Source: an uncultured virus (IMG/VR IMGVR_UViG_3300033068_001557)
Lineage: Duplodnaviria; Heunggongvirae; Uroviricota; Caudoviricetes
Strand: one strand, 5' to 3'
IMG/VR virus record: IMGVR_UViG_3300033068_001557
DNA length: 64,000 nt
Shown: positions 57,991-64,000 of the stretch, piece after piece
Layout of the letters: each line of letters begins with the position of its first letter
Position numbering within the stretch: position 1 is the first letter of the stretch
Translations under genes and position numbers: made by a program
Notes under the pieces: generated by a model
Seen by the model: only the letters and a program-made list of their open reading frames with translations
What the model was told of the DNA's origin: nothing
Databases searched by the model: none

Positions 57991-58155
57991 ATGAAAACAA
58001 TAATTATTACATTAATCATAATTGTCGTTTTAGGATTAACTAAATGGTTAATGCATTGGAAAAACGAACAAACAATAAAATCATTTTTACATATATCTGA
58101 TGATAATGTCACAGATTTTGAATGTGGTTATGGTAAAAATAAAAGCACTCAGTAA
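57991..58155 (+). CDS. 54-aa membrane-anchored protein
   Basis: MKTIIITLIIIVVLGLTKWLMHW...; not in the track. Confidence 0.5.
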   Translation: MKTIIITLIIIVVLGLTKWLMHWKNEQTIKSFLHISDDNVTDFECGYGKNKSTQ

Positions 58156-58498
58156 TTAACCTAAACGATTTCCTGTAGTAATGGTATTAGATATTTACCA
58201 AATTAAATATGATAATTCATATAATGTTGAGTACGTTTATCTAAATGATTTTAAATAATTCTAAGGTATTCTTTGTGATATTCAAACAGGTAATGTCAAT
58301 AAAGCCTGTGTTGCATGAGATGTATGATAGTCCTAAGCTATTACAGAGAATATTGAAGAAAAAACGACATTTCTACTATACTTAAATGTATAAGCTGTTA
58401 TCCAAACAAGATTAATTACAACAAAAAAGATTTAATATCCTCTGTAATAAGATTAATTATAACAGTTGTAGAAATGTTTACTTTTAAAACTTTAAATT

Positions 58499-58672
58499 AT
58501 GAATAACTTAAAAAAAGAATATGCTATTGATGGTTATGAAGAAGATTTACTTGTAGCAAGAAAAATGTACTGTTATTTAAGAAATAATTCTAAAAATGTT
58601 AGGTTTCTTAAAAAGAAAATGAACAAAAGATTTAGAAAATTTAACAAAAATATTGACAACTTTAAAGAATAA
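58499..58672 (+). CDS. 57-aa basic hypothetical protein
   Basis: MNNLKKEYAIDGYEEDLLVARKMYCYL...KKKMNKRFRK; abuts the next ORF. Confidence 0.6.
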   Translation: MNNLKKEYAIDGYEEDLLVARKMYCYLRNNSKNVRFLKKKMNKRFRKFNKNIDNFKE

Positions 58673-58675
58673 AAT

Positions 58676-59044
58676 ATGAATATATTTAGTTGGTTTAAAT
58701 TTAAACCTAAACAACAAAAAGTTAAAAAAGAATTTGTATTTCAAATTTATGAAGTAGTCAAAATAGGAGATTTATATAGATATACAGTAAAAGCTTCTAA
58801 TAAAGAAGAAGCTTTTAAAAAATTAGTAAAATACTTCTTTGGACAAAATAATAATCAGGAAATTGAATCTAAACACTTAAATACAAATTATCCCATGCAT
58901 GAAGTATTTGAATACAAAAATATGCCTTATTGGTTTGCTAAAAGAATATCTGGGCATGTTAGAGATAAATCATATGATTATCAAAAAAAATTAGAAAAAT
59001 ATTGTATTGATAATAATATTAAATTAAAATCTTATGAATCATAA
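58676..59044 (+). CDS. Hypothetical protein
   Basis: 122-aa ORF in the early operon. Confidence 0.65.
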   Translation: MNIFSWFKFKPKQQKVKKEFVFQIYEVVKIGDLYRYTVKASNKEEAFKKLVKYFFGQNNNQEIESKHLNTNYPMHEVFEYKNMPYWFAKRISGHVRDKSYDYQKKLEKYCIDNNIKLKSYES

Positions 59045-59390
59045 CTTATTAACATACATATTAACACTAATTATAGTGTTTTTGTGTGCATTAAATTCTA
59101 ATGCAAAAGAACTTAAAGTTACTTATTATTATGAACAAACCCCTGAATATGAACTAATTAGAAAAGATACTTCTATATTAATATCATTAAAAGGGGAAAT
59201 TATTAAAATAGGTGATAAAGTGTTTATTGCTGAAAAAAGAAAATGCTATTATTCATCAGATGATTACATGATATTTGATGAGTATAAAATAGGCAAAACT
59301 AAAATTACTTTTAATTTAAATCCTGATAATGGAAATATATTACAAGTAGATTTTAAATTAAATAACCAAATTTATTATTACAGACCATGA
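59034..59390 (+). CDS. Hypothetical exported protein
   Basis: Signal-peptide-like N-terminus ending SNA-KE. Confidence 0.6.
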   Translation: MNHNLLTYILTLIIVFLCALNSNAKELKVTYYYEQTPEYELIRKDTSILISLKGEIIKIGDKVFIAEKRKCYYSSDDYMIFDEYKIGKTKITFNLNPDNGNILQVDFKLNNQIYYYRP

Positions 59391-59530
59391 CAAAAGAACA
59401 ATTAAAATTATTTTATGAATTATTAGACACTAAAAATTCATGGGGTAAAAATGAAATAAAAACATTATTATTGGAAATAACAAGTGGGATTATAACTTCA
59501 TTAGAAGATTTTAAACAATTAAATAAATAA
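59387..59530 (+). CDS. 47-aa hypothetical protein
   Basis: MTKEQLKLFYELLDTKNSWGKNEIK...; ATGA overlap with the previous gene. Confidence 0.55.
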   Translation: MTKEQLKLFYELLDTKNSWGKNEIKTLLLEITSGIITSLEDFKQLNK

Positions 59531-59534
59531 AATT

Positions 59535-59846
59535 ATGACATTCAAAAATCAACCTTATGTAAAAAAGTATGACTCTATGGGAAATGTAACAAATCCTATT
59601 CAAAGAGCATACATTAACTTTTATCCGAACAGAAGTTTCAGAAGAAGTTTTGGTAAACCTTTAGATTATCGTGATTATTTAAAAATTAAAAGAGATAATC
59701 TTTTAAAAAAACAATTGTCAGTTTTACAATCAATACGTGAAACAGGAAGACAATATGTTTCTAAAATGAATAATGAATTAAAATCATTATATGGTATTTT
59801 TAGACAAGCTTTAGAAAAATCATCAGCAAACAAACAATGGATTTAA
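59535..59846 (+). CDS. Hypothetical protein
   Basis: NQPYVKKYD..G.VTNPI...PNRSFRR; basic. Confidence 0.65.
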   Translation: MTFKNQPYVKKYDSMGNVTNPIQRAYINFYPNRSFRRSFGKPLDYRDYLKIKRDNLLKKQLSVLQSIRETGRQYVSKMNNELKSLYGIFRQALEKSSANKQWI

Positions 59847-59852
59847 AAAATT

Positions 59853-60212
59853 ATGTCACAGGACAATAGAATCCTTCTGACCATTTATTTGGAGGAAGGC
59901 TTTCACTCACGAGTGGAAGGACAAAACTTTAACAAAAAAAGACCAAAAGGTACTTATGAAACAAGTGATGGAGTTTTTCGTGGAAGAATTCCACATCAAA
60001 GAAACTATGTTTCTTATTCCAAATCAAAAGTAAGAGTTACTACAATTCCTTCACGCACAGTAGAATACTTTCAATCTGTAGAAAGCAGACCATCAAAGTA
60101 TTGTGATGAGAGAAACAATTGGTTGAAAATGACACCTCATCAAAGATTGATGTATCATTTGAAACAACAAAGTGAAGGAAAAAAATTTGAGTTTTCTTTT
60201 ATTAAAGTTTAA
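59853..60212 (+). CDS. Hypothetical protein
   Basis: 119 aa, W.KMTPHQRL.YHL motif; followed by a terminator. Confidence 0.7.
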   Translation: MSQDNRILLTIYLEEGFHSRVEGQNFNKKRPKGTYETSDGVFRGRIPHQRNYVSYSKSKVRVTTIPSRTVEYFQSVESRPSKYCDERNNWLKMTPHQRLMYHLKQQSEGKKFEFSFIKV

Positions 60213-60223
60213 TAGCCGAGAAG

Positions 60224-60264
60224 AGCAAGAGTAATTACTATATGTGTTACTCTTGCTTATTTTT
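60224..60264 (+). terminator. Intrinsic terminator
   Basis: AGCAAGAGTAA/TTACTCTTGCT stem plus TATTTTT. Confidence 0.7.
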
Positions 60265-60389
60265 AATATTAAATTTATATAAAATGTGTATTATAAAACC
60301 AGGTGAAAAACCTGAAATTCAAAGCGATAATGAAACAGATAATCTTTCTTTAAATGTTTTATAATTATTAATTTTAAAAATAAATAAAT

Positions 60390-62540
60390 ATGAAAAGAAA
60401 AATAGAAGATTATAAAGATCAAAAAGTAGCAATACATTGTTCTACTAAAGAAGAATGGGATAAAATTGTTGATTTATTTCCTTTAAATAGAAGAAGTATA
60501 AAAAAAATTTATTGGCAAGCAAATGTTAATAATGGAAAATCTGATACCATTAACATTGAAGGGTATGGTTGGAGTCCTAAAAAACATTTTGAAAATAAAG
60601 GTTACACTATTTATCCTGCATCTGATTTTTTAGAAGAAAAACCATTTAAATTTAACATAGGGGATGAAATAAAAGCTAAACCAGGAGGTTATTATATTGC
60701 TAGTCCTCAACATTTTGCAGAAAGTCATAAAAAACAGTTTCCTTCAAACGGAACAACAATTTCAGGTAAAATAATTGAAAGAACTCAAGCTCAAGGATTT
60801 AATTGGTATAGATGCAGTTATGACAATTGGATAACAGAAGAAGGAGTAGAATTGGTTAAAGAAGATATTCCTGAGTATATTGAATACATTGATACTAAAT
60901 ATAAAGGACAAATTGTTAAAGTTGAAGAATGGACTAACCATAGTTTTTGTTGTATTAGATTTGAAAATGGTCAAAGAGAACAACCTTTTAAAAATTTGGT
61001 AAAACCTTCTACAAAAGAAGCCTTTGATTTACAAAATAAACTTAAAACTATAAGTGAAGATATATTTTGTATTAAATTAAATTCTCAAGAAGAATCTGGA
61101 ACGTTAGTATTTGGAAAATACAAAGTTGGAGATGTTGTAGTTTCTTTAGAACAAAAAGCTCCTTATAGAGTAGTAGGAGATATGTTTAAAGTTTTAGAAA
61201 ATAATATTAATGCTTTATATTATCTCCATAATACTTGTTCTTTAGCTTCTAAAGAATGGAGAGCAGCTACAGAAGAAGAAATAAAAGCTTTTCAACAAGG
61301 TATTAAAAATGTCAATGATATTCCTAAAATAGGTGATTATGTAGTTATTACTAAGGGAACTAATAATTGGTCTTCTAAGATGAATCACTATATTGGAAAA
61401 GTAGCTAAACTTACTAGTTGTTTAAGTGATGATAAAAATACTTTTAGAATAGATTTAGATAATGGAGGTTGGAAATGGCAATTAAAACATAATCATTTTA
61501 GAAAAGCAAAACCAGATGAAATACCTTTAAAACAAACTACTATGAGCATGCAAGAAATTCAACAAATATGTAAGGAAAAATATCCTATTGGTTGTAAATA
61601 TAAATGTCTTAATTTTAACTCTGAGTATATTTTACTTCAAGATGATTGTACTTATACAATTGTTAATAATGAAATTTGGGCAAGTCATGGAAAAGGATGT
61701 CTTTATAGTAATGGTAAATATGCTGAATTAATTTCTTTACCTAAATCTGATTGGAATCCTCAAATAGGAGATCATGTTATTATTATATCTCCTACAGAAG
61801 AAAATAATTGGGTATCAGGAATGGATAAATATGTAGGTAAACTTGCTAAAATTACTAAAAAAAGAGAAGATACTTCTTTTGAAATAGATTTAGACAACGC
61901 TTATTATGTATGGGATTATAAACCTCATCGTAAATTTTTTAGAAAAGCTGAACCACATGAAATATCTACTATATCAAAATCATTTGAATTTTTTAAAGAA
62001 GGAGATAAAGTTCTTATAAAAGATGGCTGTGAATATTATCATCAAGGAATAGATTCTATCGGAGAAAAAATGATTGGAATTATATCAAATGTTACTTCTT
62101 CAAGTTTACTTTTTATTGTTAAATGGTCTGATGGAAGTCAAAATACTTATAATAAAGAACATCTTGACCATTATGTAGAAATGACTTCAAGTAAATCTAT
62201 TAGTCCTGCTATGTTAGAAATAGCTAAATCTAAATATCCTTTAGGAACTTTTTACATTGATTTATATGAAGGTAAACAAGAAGTAAGAGGAACTCTTACT
62301 ATTAAAAAAGATATGATTACTGATGGATGGGGAGGAGCTGTTTATCAAAAAGGCAAATGGGCAAAAATAGTTGACGCTCTTTATAATGATAATAAATCTG
62401 AACAAAAGACTAGTACTTCAGAAAATTATCCTTTAACCTCTACAAAATCAGTTACAAAGAAAAAAAGAGAAATTACATTAGTTCCTTTAATACAACCAAA
62501 AACAGTCAAAGTATTTGACAGAGAAGAAAATTTTTTTTAA
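60390..62540 (+). CDS. Mosaic repeat protein (tandem small SH3/KOW-like modules)
   Basis: Recurring IGD/VGD/EGD-x-V module starts; two internally duplicated modules. Confidence 0.7.
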   Translation: MKRKIEDYKDQKVAIHCSTKEEWDKIVDLFPLNRRSIKKIYWQANVNNGKSDTINIEGYGWSPKKHFENKGYTIYPASDFLEEKPFKFNIGDEIKAKPGGYYIASPQHFAESHKKQFPSNGTTISGKIIERTQAQGFNWYRCSYDNWITEEGVELVKEDIPEYIEYIDTKYKGQIVKVEEWTNHSFCCIRFENGQREQPFKNLVKPSTKEAFDLQNKLKTISEDIFCIKLNSQEESGTLVFGKYKVGDVVVSLEQKAPYRVVGDMFKVLENNINALYYLHNTCSLASKEWRAATEEEIKAFQQGIKNVNDIPKIGDYVVITKGTNNWSSKMNHYIGKVAKLTSCLSDDKNTFRIDLDNGGWKWQLKHNHFRKAKPDEIPLKQTTMSMQEIQQICKEKYPIGCKYKCLNFNSEYILLQDDCTYTIVNNEIWASHGKGCLYSNGKYAELISLPKSDWNPQIGDHVIIISPTEENNWVSGMDKYVGKLAKITKKREDTSFEIDLDNAYYVWDYKPHRKFFRKAEPHEISTISKSFEFFKEGDKVLIKDGCEYYHQGIDSIGEKMIGIISNVTSSSLLFIVKWSDGSQNTYNKEHLDHYVEMTSSKSISPAMLEIAKSKYPLGTFYIDLYEGKQEVRGTLTIKKDMITDGWGGAVYQKGKWAKIVDALYNDNKSEQKTSTSENYPLTSTKSVTKKKREITLVPLIQPKTVKVFDREENFF

Positions 62541-62563
62541 ACAAACAATTAAATTATTAAAAA

Positions 62564-63013
62564 ATGGCTCAAGAAGCAACACCAACAACACAGCCTACAG
62601 GTATTGTAGCAAAAATTATGCGTATCTTAAAATTAGATGACGCTGGTAAAATTCAATCTTTTTTTGAAAGAGAAAGAAAAAAGTTAAATAGAGATATTGT
62701 AACTTTGAACAAAAACATTGAAAACACAAAGTTTAACAGTGAACGAACTTTAGACACTTATCGTGAACAATTGGAAGATGCAGAAGATGCATTGGATAAT
62801 GCTTATGCAGGTGTTAAATTGTCTGATATTGAAACAAATTCTTCTCAGGAAACATTTTCTTCAAAATATTGGGACAATATTGATAACAAAACAGAAGTAG
62901 TTGAAAGACTTAAATCTGCGATCAAATCTCATTCTGAAAAAGTTGAAGAAGAAATTAAGGAATTTGAAAAACAAATTGCTGAAATCAAATTCAGAATTGC
63001 GAAAATTTCGTAA
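62564..63013 (+). CDS. Coiled-coil hypothetical protein
   Basis: 149 aa, heptad-rich. Confidence 0.7.
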   Translation: MAQEATPTTQPTGIVAKIMRILKLDDAGKIQSFFERERKKLNRDIVTLNKNIENTKFNSERTLDTYREQLEDAEDALDNAYAGVKLSDIETNSSQETFSSKYWDNIDNKTEVVERLKSAIKSHSEKVEEEIKEFEKQIAEIKFRIAKIS

Positions 63014-63033
63014 TTAATTTTTTTTATTGTAAT

Positions 63034-63105
63034 TGTCTGTTAGTTCAATGGATAGAACTATTGATTTCTAATCAATTAATACAAGTTCGATTCTTGTACA
63101 GACAA
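63034..63105 (+). tRNA. tRNA-Arg(TCT)
   Basis: TGTCTGT/ACAGACA acceptor stem, GTTC/GAAC D stem, ATTGA-TTTCTAA-TCAAT anticodon arm, ACAAG-TTCGATT-CTTGT T arm. Confidence 0.88.
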
Positions 63106-63148
63106 TTACATTTATTTTTTTTTTGGAACTAATGTAATTTTAAATTTT

Positions 63149-63376
63149 ATGATTAAAACAGAAACAAGTATTAACGGTGAAGTTATAGTTTTTTTAATTC
63201 CTTCTACTGATTTAGATAGAGAAATTTTAAAAACAATAAAATCAGATTCAAAAATTACAGTAGTATCTGTTAAAGGAGCGCAATATCATGGTAAAGCAGT
63301 TCCTGAAGGCACTATTGTAATTTCACCAAAAGAAGTTGAAAATGAAACAGACGCTTTTGAAACAACTATTGATTAA
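63149..63376 (+). CDS. Hypothetical protein
   Basis: 75-aa ORF between the tRNA and the tmRNA. Confidence 0.6.
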   Translation: MIKTETSINGEVIVFLIPSTDLDREILKTIKSDSKITVVSVKGAQYHGKAVPEGTIVISPKEVENETDAFETTID

Positions 63377-63436
63377 TAGAAAAATAACAAAGGACAAGTT
63401 ATTTTGAATTTTTGTTTAATTCTCATGGTATTTAAT

Positions 63437-63474
63437 AGTCAATCATAGTGGTAGTCCACACTATGATTGATTTT
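63437..63474 (+). terminator. Long hairpin (terminator or processing site) immediately 5' of the tmRNA
   Basis: AGTCAATCATAGTG/CACTATGATTGATT followed by T residues. Confidence 0.55.
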
Positions 63475-63478
63475 ATAT

Positions 63479-63874
63479 GGGGCTGTACAGGCTTTGCTTT
63501 CAAACAGAAGGAAATAATTTAGGTAGAGAACAAACTCTTTAAAATGAAAACACAATTTTAAATGGCAATAATGCTAATCAAGATCAAAAATCAACTTTAT
63601 TTGTATCTCATAAAAATGTAGATGCAATTTGTGCTACTATTGAAAGATCAGTAAACACAAGTAAGTTGGAGCTAATTGCAGCTTAACAAACAAATGCAAG
63701 AAGGAAGTTTCTATATCTTCTGATATTTAAAATATAGTGGTGGATTTTTGACAATTTATTGTCAACCCTTTTTAGATTGGAATCTAAAGTTAGTAAACTA
63801 TGATTAACCTATACCTATAAATAAAATTATTTTTGGAACTTTGGAATACATGGGTTCGATTCCCATCAGCTCCA
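63479..63874 (+). ncRNA. ssrA: tmRNA (phage-encoded)
   Basis: 5' GGGGCTG pairs with 3' CAGCTCC-A including the G3:U70 Ala determinant; T arm ATGGG-TTCGATT-CCCAT; internal tag frame 63564-63686 ends ELIAA-TAA. Confidence 0.9.
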
Positions 63875-63898
63875 CAAACAACTTAAAATCAACAAATT

Positions 63899-64000
63899 AT
63901 GAGAAAATTTAAACTTATTAAAGAATATCCAGGAAGTCCTAAATTAAATACCATAGTATATAAAACAAAAAATATAGATAAAGATTTTTATATACAAGTT
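63899..64000 (+). CDS. Hypothetical protein, 5' fragment
   Basis: MRKFKLIKEYPGSPKLNTIVYK... open to the window end. Confidence 0.6.
   Translation, partial: MRKFKLIKEYPGSPKLNTIVYKTKNIDKDFYIQV

Noticed and set aside
57650..57994. 114-aa ORF overlapping the lipoprotein gene
   Set aside because: It overlaps the better-supported 57568..57786 out of frame and has no recognisable features
58316..58354. Twister-ribozyme-like string ATAGTCCTAAGCTATTACAGAG
   Set aside because: The upstream TAA/GC elements and the pseudoknot partner for TCCT are missing; only a hairpin is supportable without cmsearch
58368..58477. ATTTCTACT ... GTTGTAGA resembling a Cas12a repeat, suggesting a mini-CRISPR array
   Set aside because: The two halves are arms of one long hairpin about 90 nt apart; there is no repeat-spacer periodicity
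1..64000. Genome-wide stop-codon reassignment (TAG=Gln or TGA=Trp), as in some crAss-like phages
   Set aside because: Long genes are intact in the standard code, TAG and TGA serve as real stops (e.g. 29372, 28519, 31598), and no suppressor tRNA is present in the window

Overview
AT-rich segment of a crAss-like bacteriophage (order Crassvirales), probably infecting a Bacteroidota/Flavobacteriia host; the host call is inferred from TAnnTTTG-type promoters and gene content. Positions 1-53200 form a minus-strand late/virion region in the canonical crAss order. It runs from small genes (HU-like, Acb2/Tad1-like sponge, tRNA-Met) through a terminase with two inteins, portal, scaffold, major capsid, ring and auxiliary capsid proteins, tail fibre/LamG-SGNH genes, holin and endolysin, two nucleases, muzzle and cargo proteins to a 4092-aa virion RNA polymerase, followed by ferritin-like, ART-like and GIY-YIG genes. 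After a strand switch at about 53200-54000 comes a plus-strand early region of small ORFs, structured non-coding DNA, tRNA-Arg and a tmRNA. The main items missed by the ORF track are: (1) a -1 programmed ribosomal frameshift (G GGA AAT TTT plus an 11-bp hairpin) that appends a start-less lytic-transglycosylase-like domain to a 1023-aa cargo protein; (2) a ~1 kb highly structured non-coding RNA candidate closed by 5'-3' pairing; (3) a phage tmRNA with an unusually long 40-codon tag. All family assignments come from motif recognition and synteny by eye; no database searches were run.
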